Part shown: positions 8,551 to 19,232 of the stretch, piece by piece
How the letters are laid out: each line of letters starts with the position of its first letter
How positions within the stretch are numbered: the stretch's first letter is position 1
Assembly (NCBI GenBank): GCA_027622665.1
Contig: JAQBYT010000001.1
Location: forward strand, 320,001-384,000
DNA length: 64,000 nt
Origin: Verrucomicrobiota bacterium
Lineage (GTDB): Bacteria; Verrucomicrobiota; Verrucomicrobiia; Opitutales; Seribacteraceae
Direction: 5' to 3'
Position numbers and translations under genes: made by a program
The notes under the pieces: model-generated
What the model saw: the letters and a program-made list of their open reading frames with translations, nothing else
Databases searched by the model: none
What the model was told of the DNA's origin: nothing

Positions 8551-9840
8551 TCAAGCAAGGGAAGAATCTCTGATAAGCTGGCCAGCGGAAATCACATGAG
8601 TTACTCGGCCAGTCATGTTTTCACCAAGCCAAGGGGAATTGGACGAAAGGCTCTCTAAGTTTTCAGGAGTGACAATCCACTCCTTTTGCTGGTCAAAAAT
8701 GACGATGTCGGCAATGGCTCCGGATGACAATGTACCCTTATTCAAACCTAAAACAGAGGCAGGTCGGTAAGTTAGGGCGGCTACCATGTCGCTTACGCTT
8801 CCCGCTCCGCTTTTAACTATCGATTCAAGGCTTACCGAAAGAGCGGTTTCCAAGCCAATCACCCCGAATGGCGCAAGATCGAATTCCATGTCTTTCTCAT
8901 GTTCAAGGTAAGGTTCATGGGCTGTTGCGATGCAATCAATCGTCCCGTCAAGTAACCCTGCGAGAAGAGCTTGGCGGTCGCTTTCTTCTCGCAAAGGGGG
9001 ATTGGTCTTAAAGTTCGTATTGTAATCTGCTATAGTGGAATCCGTTAACGCAAGATGATGCGGCGTGACATCAGCAGTTACAGGTACGCCGCGTTCTTTC
9101 GCTCTTTGAAGTATCTCCACGGAACCTGCCGAACTAAGGGACTGCAAATGAACATGGGCCTTCGTGAGCATGGCCAAAGAGATCGCTCGATAGACGAAAA
9201 GTTCCTCCGCAGCTCGTGGCCATCCGCGCAACCCAAGCCTTAGTGCCTGAGCTCCTTCGTGGACTACGGCATTAGAGGAAAGGAAAGGATCTCGAGGGAG
9301 ATCAAAAATAGGGAGATCAAACATTGCTGCATATTCTAGACTTCGTCGAAAAATTTCATTATTTGCCGTGCTGAACGGACAATCAGTGACGGCAACCACA
9401 CCCGATTTCTTGAGAGAGCCGATGGGCGCAAGTTGCTCTCCCTTGCGATCTAGGGTTATGCTGCCTGTAAGCAAAACATCGATGCAGGCATCTTTCTGGA
9501 TAGCATCTTGTAAATATCGGATTGTGCCGGGGTTGTCGGCCGCCGGGGAAACGTCTGGCATGCAAACAACGGTGGTAAAGCCACCGGCGGCGGCGGCACG
9601 AGTACCTGAAGCGATAGTTTCCCGACCACCTCCCCCAAGTTCGCGCAGGTGTGCACGAAGATCTATAAATCCCGGTGCAACTATTTTTCCCGACGCATCA
9701 ACTACATTCGCAACCTCACTTTCCTTGCCGGCAGGAGCTTCGCAAATTCGACCATCGGCGATATAGAGGTCGGCGACTTCATCCCGTCCATTGGCGGGAT
9801 CAATAATACGACCGTTTTTTATCCAAATGCCCCCTCTCAT
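8551..9840 (-). CDS. pyrC: dihydroorotase-like protein, probably catalytically inactive PyrC'
   Basis: Amidohydrolase/DHOase features (AAAAGGFTTV, ADVTPHHL, KTNPPLR) but DLRAH and IATAHEP at the metal/catalytic motifs; ATGA overlap with pyrB stop. Confidence 0.9.
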   Translation of the reverse strand: MRGGIWIKNGRIIDPANGRDEVADLYIADGRICEAPAGKESEVANVVDASGKIVAPGFIDLRAHLRELGGGGRETIASGTRAAAAGGFTTVVCMPDVSPAADNPGTIRYLQDAIQKDACIDVLLTGSITLDRKGEQLAPIGSLKKSGVVAVTDCPFSTANNEIFRRSLEYAAMFDLPIFDLPRDPFLSSNAVVHEGAQALRLGLRGWPRAAEELFVYRAISLAMLTKAHVHLQSLSSAGSVEILQRAKERGVPVTADVTPHHLALTDSTIADYNTNFKTNPPLREESDRQALLAGLLDGTIDCIATAHEPYLEHEKDMEFDLAPFGVIGLETALSVSLESIVKSGAGSVSDMVAALTYRPASVLGLNKGTLSSGAIADIVIFDQQKEWIVTPENLESLSSNSPWLGENMTGRVTHVISAGQLIRDSSLA

Positions 9841-10796
9841 GACGGAACCTCTTTTCGCTGAAGATCGGATACGGCGGAACAAAGGTAGAGTATCGCCATT
9901 CGAACGGCAATTCCGTTAGTAACTTGGTCGAGAATCACAGAACGAGACGAATCTGCGAGGGAAGAATCGATTTCAACGCCTCGATTGATGGGTCCCGGGT
10001 GCATGATTATGGCATCGGGTTTCAACCAAGATGCTCGAGCCTCGTTAAGTCCAAACATGCTTGTATATTCTTCGAGGGACGGGAAATGCGTGGAAGTCTG
10101 TCTTTCGTGCTGGATACGAAGAAGCATAACGGCGTCGGCGTCGGCAAGAGCTTTCTTGAGGTCGTGAGTTACTTCCGCGCCAAACTCTGAGAAAGTCTTC
10201 GGGACCAATGTGGCTGGACCTCCAAAGGTGACCGATGCGCCAAGTTTGCTTAATGCCCACAAATTGGATCGAGCGACTCTACTAAAGAGCACATCTCCCA
10301 GAATAGTTATCTTTTTGCCCGTCAAATCACCAAACCGTTCCCTCAGCGTAAAAGCGTCGAGCAATGCCTGACTGGGATGTTCATGAGCACCGTCGCCGGC
10401 ATTAATGATGGGAACGTCCAAGACTCTCGATAGGTACAGTGGAGAACCCGCCGAAGAGTGCCGGAGCACGATTAGGTCGGCGCCAAGGGCTTGTACGTTA
10501 CTTGCCGTATCTCGAAGGGTTTCTCCTTTTGAAAGGCTGCTAGATTTTCCTCCGACTGAAATAACATCGGCACTCAATCGCTTCGCAGCTACTTCAAAGG
10601 CAAGTCGGGTTCTGGTACTGGGCTCCATAAAAAGATTAACCACAGTTTTACCACGCAAAGAGGGCAGTTTCTTGACGGGTCTATCAAGGGTTCCGCGAAA
10701 AGAACGAGCCATGTCTAGAACAGTCTCAATTTCGGTGCGATCGAGCTCTTCTATGCCGATCAGGTGTTTACGGTTCCAATTTGCCGGCTTCTTCAT
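9837..10796 (-). CDS. pyrB: aspartate carbamoyltransferase catalytic subunit
   Basis: FMEPSTRTR, KGETL, NAGDGAHEHPSQALLD, MHPGPINRGVEI. Confidence 0.98.
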   Translation of the reverse strand: MKKPANWNRKHLIGIEELDRTEIETVLDMARSFRGTLDRPVKKLPSLRGKTVVNLFMEPSTRTRLAFEVAAKRLSADVISVGGKSSSLSKGETLRDTASNVQALGADLIVLRHSSAGSPLYLSRVLDVPIINAGDGAHEHPSQALLDAFTLRERFGDLTGKKITILGDVLFSRVARSNLWALSKLGASVTFGGPATLVPKTFSEFGAEVTHDLKKALADADAVMLLRIQHERQTSTHFPSLEEYTSMFGLNEARASWLKPDAIIMHPGPINRGVEIDSSLADSSRSVILDQVTNGIAVRMAILYLCSAVSDLQRKEVPS

Positions 10797-11329
10797 AAGG
10801 AAGTAACCACCACATGATCGTCAAGAGTATGGGTGGGGCCAACCGAAACTTCGACATTTTGGTCAAGGGTAGTCTCAAGCTCGATTCCCACATAGTCCGC
10901 ACAAAATGGAAGGCAACGGTGACCCCGATCCACCAGTACGGCAAGTTCAACGCACGCGGGGCGCCCTTGGTCGAATAACTCGTTGAGGGCCGCCCGAATA
11001 GTGCGACCCGAGAAAATCACGTCATCGACCAAAATACATGAGCTCCCTTCGACTTCGGGAGGCAGGTTCGTCGGGACAACTGCTTTTGGTATGGGATTTG
11101 ATCCAATGTCATCACGATGGAAAGAAACATCTACAATTCCTAGCGGAATTTTTCGGCCGAGGCTTTTTTCAACCTTTTCGGCCAAACGATGAGCAACCCC
11201 AATTCCTCCATCGGACACACCCACAAACATAAGATTTTGCGTGGAGCCGCGTGCTTCGACAATAGCCCCCGCAAGACGATCCAATGCTTGACTCACTTCG
11301 GGGGCGGAAAACTTCAACTTAGTGGTCAT
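10793..11329 (-). CDS. pyrR: pyrimidine regulator / uracil phosphoribosyltransferase
   Basis: SFHRDD, ILVDDVIFSGRTIRAAL, LVDRGHRCLP. Confidence 0.95.
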   Translation of the reverse strand: MTTKLKFSAPEVSQALDRLAGAIVEARGSTQNLMFVGVSDGGIGVAHRLAEKVEKSLGRKIPLGIVDVSFHRDDIGSNPIPKAVVPTNLPPEVEGSSCILVDDVIFSGRTIRAALNELFDQGRPACVELAVLVDRGHRCLPFCADYVGIELETTLDQNVEVSVGPTHTLDDHVVVTSL

Positions 11330-11363
11330 AATCCAGAAAACTAAAATGTCTTTGCATTAACCG

Positions 11364-13718
11364 CTAGGCAACGGAATTCTCTTCCGCCTTAAGCCAAGCC
11401 TCAATTTCCTCAACACGATTAAAGGCGGGAGCTTTTCGACAGACGGGGTCCAATAAAGCCCTGAAGGCAGGTTGATCAAAACGACGACAATGAAGAATCA
11501 CGCGAGCTCGGTGCTCGGGAGATCTGACTAGACGGCCCAAGGCTTGATTAACTTTTCGCATTCCCGGGATAAGGTAGGTTCGGCGGAAGGCTTCTTCACG
11601 ATCAATGCCTAGACAAGCATCCATTTTCGCCTTCTGCAGTGTGTTAACCTCAGGCAATGCAGGACCTACAATCATGGCCGCATCCACCTTCCCCCCAAGA
11701 AAATCTATGCCTTCGGCAAATACACTGCCAAGGACGAGGAAAAGAGCATCGCCAGCGACAAGTGCGGAAGCGATAAACTGGTTAGTCTCTCGCCGGGAGC
11801 CAACGCGGGGTTGAAGAACGACTTTGGTAAGCGGCGATATTTCTCCTAAACGGTTGTTGGCTTCGATCGCGTATCTATACGAAGAAAAATATATAATCGC
11901 TGGCTTTTCCGTCGCATTGATCAAAGCCAGAACAGCTGTAGCGATTTCATCGAGATGTTGATGTCGCCGAGAGAATCTCGTGTCGCCTCGTATGTCTATA
12001 GCAACCTTCAAGGCCAAGGACCGCCAAGGCGCCGTACCACAAATTATCCGATATTCAGACGGCTGAAGCCCGCAAGAGATCGCAAATTGATCAATAGGCG
12101 ACAGGGTTGCAGACTCCAAGAGGCATAAACCATAAGAACACAGCTCCGTACCAATGTGGGAAGCCGCGTCCAGACAGGTAATTTCCATGGAACGATCTTC
12201 CGGAATCCAAAGATGTTTTGGCAGCGCGTCCAGAGCAAGTAAACGAGCGGTATCCCCGAACCTCCATAGAGTGTCAAGTACCTGACTTGGAAGATCACTG
12301 GAGGGAATGGGACCTTTGCGAACAGTTGCGGCGACAGTTTCTAATAACTCGGTAGCTTTATAGAAATTATCGGCATCCACGATTTCGTTTTGTCGGCAAG
12401 AATTAAGGAACTCCACCAAATCTCCCAATGCCCTGATTAATACCTTAGGCCCTTGAGCGAAAAGTAGGTGCTCGATCACTTGGACAGCATCACCGGCAGC
12501 AAATCGAGTCGACAAAGCCGATGCGACCCGCTCAGGCAAATTGTGGGCCTCGTCCACAACGAGGAGTGCGCGCGAAGGAATAAAATCTTCTACACTCCTG
12601 AAGATCGAGGCACTTCGTGGTTGAAACACATAGTTGAAATCTCCTAACCAAAGTTCGGCGAAGGGGAGACAGGCTCGAATAATTTCATAGGGAGGAATAC
12701 CTGCGTATTTTGCCGATTCAACCAAGTTTTCCTCCGGTATTGTGCCTCCTCGAAAGAGGGCGAGGGGATTTAAAGCTGCAGACTTCCAGCGACAAGCCAA
12801 CTCTTGTTCGGACAAATGTTCGAGATCCTCGAAGCCTATGTTGCACTCGGTGCGATTACGCAGGCAAAGGTAGCGAAAACCACAATCGTCGGGAATCATT
12901 TTGCCTAAGGTCCTAACAACTTCGTGTTGTCCTGTTGTTTTGCCAGTCAGGTACAGAATGCGGTCACAAAAACCGTCTCGCAATCGTTCTAGTGCAAAGG
13001 AGAGAGCGGTGCCTGTCTTGCCGAAACCGGTCGGTGCTTCAAATAGAGTGACGGGGGCGGACGCAAAAGATTGCTCCAAGCCCATCTGGGCTTCGGCTTG
13101 CCCTTCACGCAAAGTCTCAAAGGGTTTATTGAATGAAAGGGCAGAAAGGCGTTGCCGACTGCTGCGCCGTTCATCAAGAAATTCAAGCAACGACTTAATC
13201 TGCTCTTCTAGCGCTATATCATCGCAAGGTTCTATCGGTAATGTTTGGATGAACCCTCCCCCAGAGACATCGGCAAACCGCAATTCTCCCACAACATGCT
13301 TTTGGGCATAATCTGGTAAAAGCCGGAGAAGAAGAAGGTAGGTGGACACTTGTAGAAAATAATGAGGGTACTTCTCCCGTAAACTTTCCTCGGTCGCGGG
13401 AAGAGGAAGAAAAGTGGTTTTAAGCTCACTCACCAGCGCCAAGCCATTGTTCTCGCTCAGTTTGTCAACACGCCCCTCCAGCTCTACCGCCCATCCGCCT
13501 CGTAACAAAATGCCTCGAACGGAAACCTCATGGCGAACCTCGCCCCCTTCGTTTCCAAGTAATTCCGATTCCGCCCGCAAAGAAGAATGCCATTCCCGAC
13601 CAAGTTCGGCTCGCCAAGTACCGGAAGGCCCGCCAAAGCGGCTTCGCGGTCCTAGGGCGAAATCCGCCAACTCGCCAACGCTAAGACTCGCACGCCGTTC
13701 GCCAGGAAAAATCCGCAT
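11364..13718 (-). CDS. DinG/XPD-family SF2 helicase with N-terminal PD-(D/E)xK nuclease domain
   Basis: GRVD...ELKT...LQVSTY nuclease motifs; EAPTGFGKT, VVDEAHNL, SATLSP, FAEGID, QALGRLVR helicase motifs. Confidence 0.9.
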   Translation of the reverse strand: MRIFPGERRASLSVGELADFALGPRSRFGGPSGTWRAELGREWHSSLRAESELLGNEGGEVRHEVSVRGILLRGGWAVELEGRVDKLSENNGLALVSELKTTFLPLPATEESLREKYPHYFLQVSTYLLLLRLLPDYAQKHVVGELRFADVSGGGFIQTLPIEPCDDIALEEQIKSLLEFLDERRSSRQRLSALSFNKPFETLREGQAEAQMGLEQSFASAPVTLFEAPTGFGKTGTALSFALERLRDGFCDRILYLTGKTTGQHEVVRTLGKMIPDDCGFRYLCLRNRTECNIGFEDLEHLSEQELACRWKSAALNPLALFRGGTIPEENLVESAKYAGIPPYEIIRACLPFAELWLGDFNYVFQPRSASIFRSVEDFIPSRALLVVDEAHNLPERVASALSTRFAAGDAVQVIEHLLFAQGPKVLIRALGDLVEFLNSCRQNEIVDADNFYKATELLETVAATVRKGPIPSSDLPSQVLDTLWRFGDTARLLALDALPKHLWIPEDRSMEITCLDAASHIGTELCSYGLCLLESATLSPIDQFAISCGLQPSEYRIICGTAPWRSLALKVAIDIRGDTRFSRRHQHLDEIATAVLALINATEKPAIIYFSSYRYAIEANNRLGEISPLTKVVLQPRVGSRRETNQFIASALVAGDALFLVLGSVFAEGIDFLGGKVDAAMIVGPALPEVNTLQKAKMDACLGIDREEAFRRTYLIPGMRKVNQALGRLVRSPEHRARVILHCRRFDQPAFRALLDPVCRKAPAFNRVEEIEAWLKAEENSVA

Positions 13719-13744
13719 GTCTCCGACCTTTACGCAAGATCACT

Positions 13745-14773
13745 CTAGTCGAACAAGGTCTCTTGCCGAGGAGGGTTTATCGATTCGACGGAATTTTCTT
13801 CTCGAGGAAGGTGGTGAGGGGGATTTGTAGAACATGACCTCAAGGCGTTCTCTCGCTTAAGAACCATCTCACGGGAAATCTCGAAGACCTTGTGCTTCAA
13901 CCACTGTGCAGTTGGCGAAGACGAACGATAGTCCGCGGGGCCATTGTTGTGCACTCGACCCGTCTCGACAAGTCGGCAAGTTTGCTTGAATTCTTTCTCG
14001 TTATCCGGGTCATAAACAGCGTAGGTTCTTCCTCCCCATTGATTTAAGACGGCAAAAACCGGCACGTCACTCGGGCCATCTGCAACATAGATCATTTGGT
14101 CGATAGGCACCCTTCGATCTTCGTGAGGCAAGGCCGAGTTAACCTCGATCGCAGGGTTTTTATTGGAGCCTTTGTTGATTTCGAAAATATAGCGGGTTTT
14201 AATCGTATTATCCACGACCATACCGATTTGGGTAATTTCGGGCTCCAGCGGTAGAAACAACTCGGTCTGGCTTGAAAAATAGGGAGGGAGGGGAGACTCG
14301 ATAAATTCACAAGCAAATATATCCTCAACAAAAGAGGCAATCTTACTACCCCTCACGACATGGGTTAGTCCTGTGCTGATTATGTAATGTTCCAGCCGAA
14401 AATCATACTGGCTAAATTCATCGGTTAGCGGAATTTTTGACAACTCTCCGAAAAACTCCGGCAAACCGTGACAAAATTCAAGTTCGGCTCCAAGCTCGAC
14501 AAGTTTTTCATTTGTGAGACCACGAAGGGGACCATTTTTGACATAACTCAACAGATGATTCAGATAAATGGTATCTGCCGAGACTCGTAAACCTCGCTTC
14601 GCATATACTTCCGGCAAACTATTCACTTCATTCCAGAAAAGATTTTCATCGATCCCGTAACATTCAAAAAGAGGGGTCTGCATGTATCCAGGTATGAGCG
14701 TCTTGTCAAAATCCCACACGCAGGCTATAATATTTTGCCCATGCACTTGAGCTTGCTTTCGGGCTTGATTCAT
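13745..14773 (-). CDS. HAD-superfamily hydrolase
   Basis: WDFDKTL (motif I), IISTG, YVADGPSDVP (motif IV). Confidence 0.85.
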   Translation of the reverse strand: MNQARKQAQVHGQNIIACVWDFDKTLIPGYMQTPLFECYGIDENLFWNEVNSLPEVYAKRGLRVSADTIYLNHLLSYVKNGPLRGLTNEKLVELGAELEFCHGLPEFFGELSKIPLTDEFSQYDFRLEHYIISTGLTHVVRGSKIASFVEDIFACEFIESPLPPYFSSQTELFLPLEPEITQIGMVVDNTIKTRYIFEINKGSNKNPAIEVNSALPHEDRRVPIDQMIYVADGPSDVPVFAVLNQWGGRTYAVYDPDNEKEFKQTCRLVETGRVHNNGPADYRSSSPTAQWLKHKVFEISREMVLKRENALRSCSTNPPHHLPREENSVESINPPRQETLFD

Positions 14774-14828
14774 AGACCATAGCTTTTACGCCTTAAGCTC
14801 ATTCGAGCAAAGAAAATTCGTATTAAAC

Positions 14829-15908
14829 ATGCACCATACACCAGATCTTAATCACTTCCGCATACGCCTCGCGGAATTGGAAAAGGAACTTGCAGTCCCG
14901 GATGTTTACAAAGACCAGAGACGGGCAGCAACCCTGTCTCGGGAGCACCGCAGGGTCGAGCAATTGCTCGGATTAGGGGATGAAATCGAGACTTCCGAAA
15001 AAACACTAACTGAAAATCGCCTTTTGCTGGACGACGAAGAATTGGGAGAGATGGCCGCAGAAGAAATCGAGATCCTAGAAGCCAAGTTAAAAGAAACACA
15101 AGAAAGCCTTCTTCTCGCCATGATTCCGGCCGAAGACACGGATGAACGAAATACCATCATCGAGATTCGAGCGGGGACCGGCGGGGATGAAGCCTCCCTT
15201 TTTGCATCAGACCTCCTGCGGATGTATTCACGTTACGCCGAAGAAAGCCAATGGAGTATTGAACGATTGAGCGAAAGTCTTTCGGAAACGGGCGGCTACA
15301 AAGAAGTCATTTTTTCGGTCAAGGGCGAAGATGTCTTCTCCCGCCTTAAATTTGAAAGCGGCGTTCATCGAGTACAAAGAGTGCCTACAACTGAGGCCAA
15401 CGGTCGCATACACACTTCGACCGCAACTGTTGCCGTTTTACCGGAAGCAGAAGAAGTGGACATAGAGATCGACCCGAATGATCTGGAGATCAATGTCTGC
15501 AGGGCCAGCGGACCTGGCGGTCAAGGAGTTAACACTACAGATTCGGCCGTTCAACTAATCCATAAACCCACGGGTCTAACTGTTTACTGTGCAGACGAAC
15601 GCTCGCAACTCAAAAACAAAAACAAAGCCATGACTGTTCTCCGTGCACGCCTACTGAACTTGAAGCAGGAAGAAGAGAGAAAGAAATATGCAGCAAATCG
15701 ACGGAGTCAAATCGGAACAGGCGATAGGAGCGAGCGAATTCGCACTTACAACTTCCCCCAAAGTAGAATGACGGACCACCGGATCGGTCACTCGACTCGG
15801 AACCTGACCGGGGTCATGGACGGCGGACTCAATGAAGTTCTGGATGCCCTGATTCAAGAAGATCGACGTTTACGGCTCGAGGAAATCTCAGCTTCGCAAA
15901 AATTTTGA
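14829..15908 (+). CDS. prfA: peptide chain release factor 1
   Basis: RAGTGGDEA, GVHRVQRVPTT (PxT), SGPGGQGVN, RSERIRTYNFPQ. Confidence 0.98.
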   Translation: MHHTPDLNHFRIRLAELEKELAVPDVYKDQRRAATLSREHRRVEQLLGLGDEIETSEKTLTENRLLLDDEELGEMAAEEIEILEAKLKETQESLLLAMIPAEDTDERNTIIEIRAGTGGDEASLFASDLLRMYSRYAEESQWSIERLSESLSETGGYKEVIFSVKGEDVFSRLKFESGVHRVQRVPTTEANGRIHTSTATVAVLPEAEEVDIEIDPNDLEINVCRASGPGGQGVNTTDSAVQLIHKPTGLTVYCADERSQLKNKNKAMTVLRARLLNLKQEEERKKYAANRRSQIGTGDRSERIRTYNFPQSRMTDHRIGHSTRNLTGVMDGGLNEVLDALIQEDRRLRLEEISASQKF

Positions 15909-16774
15909 GCTCGATGCTCACTATTCTCGATGTGGTTCGCCGCACCACAGGTTTTTTTGAAAAATGTGCAGTGCCGCAACCCCAACTCGATGCAGAATGG
16001 ATCATTGCGCATTCTTTAAACCTTGCCCGCATGGATCTCTACTTGCAGTTCGAGCGACCACTGGGGGAAGACCAGCTCGCTCCTATTCGCAAACTGGTTA
16101 AACGAAGGGGAGCAAGAGAGCCACTCCAACACTTGATCGGGTTTGTGGATTTTTTCGGCCTTCGAATCACTTGCGACAAAAGGGCTCTGATTCCGCGGCC
16201 GGAGACAGAAGAATTCATTGAAATTATTAATCGCGAATTTGCCGCGAAGCCACCATGCCACATTTTAGATCTAGGCACTGGCTCCGGTGCGCTTGCGCTT
16301 GCATTTGCCAAGATTTTTCCATCGGCACAAGTCGTTGCCACCGACATCTCTTCAGATGCTCTCGAACTCGCACAAGAAAATGCCGCCACAAACAAACTTT
16401 CGGATAAAGTTAGCTTCCACCTTGGCGACTGGTTTGAGGCATTGCCAAAGAACGAAACCACCTTTGATCTAATCGTTTCCAACCCTCCCTATCTTTCCCA
16501 TCAAGAATGGGAATGCACTCAGCGGGAGGTTAGGGAGCATGATCCCAAACTAGCTCTTGTCTCCGAAAATGAAGGCTGCGATCACCTTCTTAATATTCTC
16601 ACTGCGGCCAAGCAACACTTGCGGCACGGCGGCTTACTGGCAATGGAAACCGGAGAATTCCATCACGAACTCCTTATTGAAAGAGCACAGGAAGTGGGCC
16701 TTTGCGATGCTAGAGGGATGAAAGATCTCTCGAAGAAACCTCGTTTTTTTCTTGCTGCCCGCCCCCCGGAGTAG
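15905..16774 (+). CDS. prmC: release factor glutamine methyltransferase
   Basis: ALIPRPETE, LDLGTGSG, IVSNPPY; coupled to prfA. Confidence 0.96.
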   Translation: MSSMLTILDVVRRTTGFFEKCAVPQPQLDAEWIIAHSLNLARMDLYLQFERPLGEDQLAPIRKLVKRRGAREPLQHLIGFVDFFGLRITCDKRALIPRPETEEFIEIINREFAAKPPCHILDLGTGSGALALAFAKIFPSAQVVATDISSDALELAQENAATNKLSDKVSFHLGDWFEALPKNETTFDLIVSNPPYLSHQEWECTQREVREHDPKLALVSENEGCDHLLNILTAAKQHLRHGGLLAMETGEFHHELLIERAQEVGLCDARGMKDLSKKPRFFLAARPPE

Positions 16775-16854
16775 ACGCAAGGATAATTGCCGAAGTTTGG
16801 AAATGAAAGTTGTCCTCGTTTAAGCCCCTGCTGCTCAAGCTAATTGGTTTCCAC

Positions 16855-19125
16855 TTAAGATTTCTTTTCGGCACCCTCTACGCTTTTGGCAACCTTAGAA
16901 GCTTCTTCCCGCAAAAGTATCCAATCGGAAACGATTCGAAGGCTTTCATGAAGGCGAATGTCCAGATTGGTAGGGGGTTCCATCTTTTCCGCGACTCCTT
17001 CTTCTTCAACTTTTTCGCCACGTACTTCACGTGAACGACGATCCTGGCTTCGCACTACGTCAAGACGGACTTGACGGGCCGGAAATGTTTTCGCAGCCAA
17101 CTCCGTCATCTCTTCATTTAGCTCTTTGGTAAAGTCTTCATCCTTTGTTTTTTGCTCAAGCCGCTTCGCGAGGTTTAGAGAAAACTCTTTCTGGTCGCGC
17201 TTCCCCTTATACCAATCGACGTTCTTTCGCAGATAGGCAAATTCCTCTTTTTCCCGTTGTCGTTTAAGGCTCGTTTCAAGTAGTTGCTTGGACTCCTCTG
17301 GCCGAATCCGGAATTCTTCGGCTGGTCGACGATAGTTCACCCCGGGAATTTCGTCCCACTTCATGGCATGAGGAAGATCAGCTTCACCGATGGGAAGAAA
17401 CTCGTTGATGGAAGGCATCGGGACATCGGCAATCACGCCAACGTTCTGAGTACTGGTTCCGCTTGGCAGATAATATTTCTGGATGGTGATTTTAGCCGCG
17501 CTACGCTTATCGCTTTTTAAGGCATAAAGATTGGGTGCGTTCATCTCAATCATTGACTGCACAGTTCCCTTTCCGTGAGTTGCCTTGTCTCCTATGATAA
17601 GGGCGCGTTTGTGATTCTGAAGTGCCCCGGCCACAATTTCGGCAGCCGATGCACTATACCGTGACACAAGTAGGGCGAGCGGGCCCTCCCACGCAATCTT
17701 TGGATTAAAATCAAATTTCTTGCGAATTTTTCCGTCTGTGCTCTTTACTTGGACAACGGGCCCTCTTGAAATAAAAAGTCCGGCAAGACTCACCGCTTCA
17801 CTAAGAAACCCACCCCCGTTGCGACGAAGATCAAGAACAATGCCTTCGGCCCCAAGATCCTTCAGCTTACCGATAAGCTCTTCTAAATCATCAGTGGCTT
17901 TAGCTTTAGCCTCTCCAGGAGCGGCTCCATAAAACGAAGGCAGCTCGATGACGCCAATGGGGTAAGTTCGATCACCTTCAGGGGCCGGCACCTCGCGAAT
18001 GGATGCAGATGCCAGATTAGCCGTCAGCTTGATGCGATCTCGGGTAATGCTCACCGTGTTTCGATCAGAAGGATTCTTGCCAGGCTTAATGAAAAGCCGC
18101 ACGACCGTGTCCTTGGGACCTTTGATCAGCTCCACTATCTTGCTAAGCTTCATATTAACTACCTCGACGAAATCTCCATCAGCTTGGGCAACTTTTAGGA
18201 TGACGTCCTCGGGTTCCAATTCCCGGCAAGCCTCGGCCGGGCCACCCGGGAGAAGTTCTTTAATTGTGCAAAAGCCGTCTTCGTCCGTCAGTACGGCACC
18301 AATCCCGACAAACGTGTTATGCATGGATTGATTGAACCTATCGCGCTCCTTGATATTGAGAAAGGTCGTGTGCGGGTCGAACATCTGGGAAAGCGTGGTA
18401 AGGTACATTTCCTGAACGTCGGAAGCCTCGAACTCGCGGATGTTTTTATCCCAGCGTTCATAGCGTTTGGTAATGCGGCCACGGGCCTCCTTGGTAAACT
18501 CAGCCAGTTTTTCAGCGTCCGGCAGCAAAGTCTTGTTTTCGACTTCGGTACTATTTTCATCGCCGCCGAGGTCGATCTGCGTAAGCACCTCCGCAAGCAT
18601 TTCATAAGTTAGCCGCTTCTCCCAAATTTCATCCGCCTCTTTCTCGTCCTTTGGCCATGGAATTTTTTCGCGGTCAGGAACAAAAGTTGCATCGACATTT
18701 AAATCAAAATCCTTTTGCAGCCGGGCAATCACCCACGACAGACGAATAAGAGCCTTCGATTTATAGTCGTTATATATCCTAAACCCCGGAAAAAGATTAC
18801 CTTGCTCCAAATAGGTTCCGATCGTGGGCAAGAAGGTTTTGAGGTAACCCTCATGATCGGACTCGAGAAAATACAGGCGTTGGCGATCGAGCCTGTTCAT
18901 GTAAGTCTTGAGAAATTCCTTCTTGTCGACTTTCTCTACCGACACCTTGCTGTAATGAGCTCGATGGAGAGCTTCAGCCAACCATCGGGCCTCACCTTGC
19001 ATGAGCTTGGTTGGTTCAAGTTCCTTGTCCTCCGTGGCAGCCAGCTCCTCCTTCCCGAAGAGAACACAGTCAAAGGAAAGAACGATCCATGTTAGGAGTA
19101 AAAAATATTTGCAGCTTTTAATCAT
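16855..19125 (-). CDS. prc: carboxy-terminal processing protease (Prc/Tsp, S41A) with PDZ
   Basis: Signal peptide, FDPHT, GIGA PDZ, DLRRNGGG, SASAAEI, GKGTVQ, STQNVGV. Confidence 0.93.
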   Translation of the reverse strand: MIKSCKYFLLLTWIVLSFDCVLFGKEELAATEDKELEPTKLMQGEARWLAEALHRAHYSKVSVEKVDKKEFLKTYMNRLDRQRLYFLESDHEGYLKTFLPTIGTYLEQGNLFPGFRIYNDYKSKALIRLSWVIARLQKDFDLNVDATFVPDREKIPWPKDEKEADEIWEKRLTYEMLAEVLTQIDLGGDENSTEVENKTLLPDAEKLAEFTKEARGRITKRYERWDKNIREFEASDVQEMYLTTLSQMFDPHTTFLNIKERDRFNQSMHNTFVGIGAVLTDEDGFCTIKELLPGGPAEACRELEPEDVILKVAQADGDFVEVVNMKLSKIVELIKGPKDTVVRLFIKPGKNPSDRNTVSITRDRIKLTANLASASIREVPAPEGDRTYPIGVIELPSFYGAAPGEAKAKATDDLEELIGKLKDLGAEGIVLDLRRNGGGFLSEAVSLAGLFISRGPVVQVKSTDGKIRKKFDFNPKIAWEGPLALLVSRYSASAAEIVAGALQNHKRALIIGDKATHGKGTVQSMIEMNAPNLYALKSDKRSAAKITIQKYYLPSGTSTQNVGVIADVPMPSINEFLPIGEADLPHAMKWDEIPGVNYRRPAEEFRIRPEESKQLLETSLKRQREKEEFAYLRKNVDWYKGKRDQKEFSLNLAKRLEQKTKDEDFTKELNEEMTELAAKTFPARQVRLDVVRSQDRRSREVRGEKVEEEGVAEKMEPPTNLDIRLHESLRIVSDWILLREEASKVAKSVEGAEKKS

Positions 19126-19232
19126 AGTGATTCGGATTATTCGGAAACTGAAATGTCGACGACCGGAGGTAGAAAGAAATCAGAAAAAAGGAAGGGGCCT
19201 CAGTCGGCAATGATATATTCGCATGCAAGCAC

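Noticed and set aside
11330..11363. PyrR attenuator leader
   Set aside because: Only 34 nt of spacer; no PyrR-binding loop or terminator visible.
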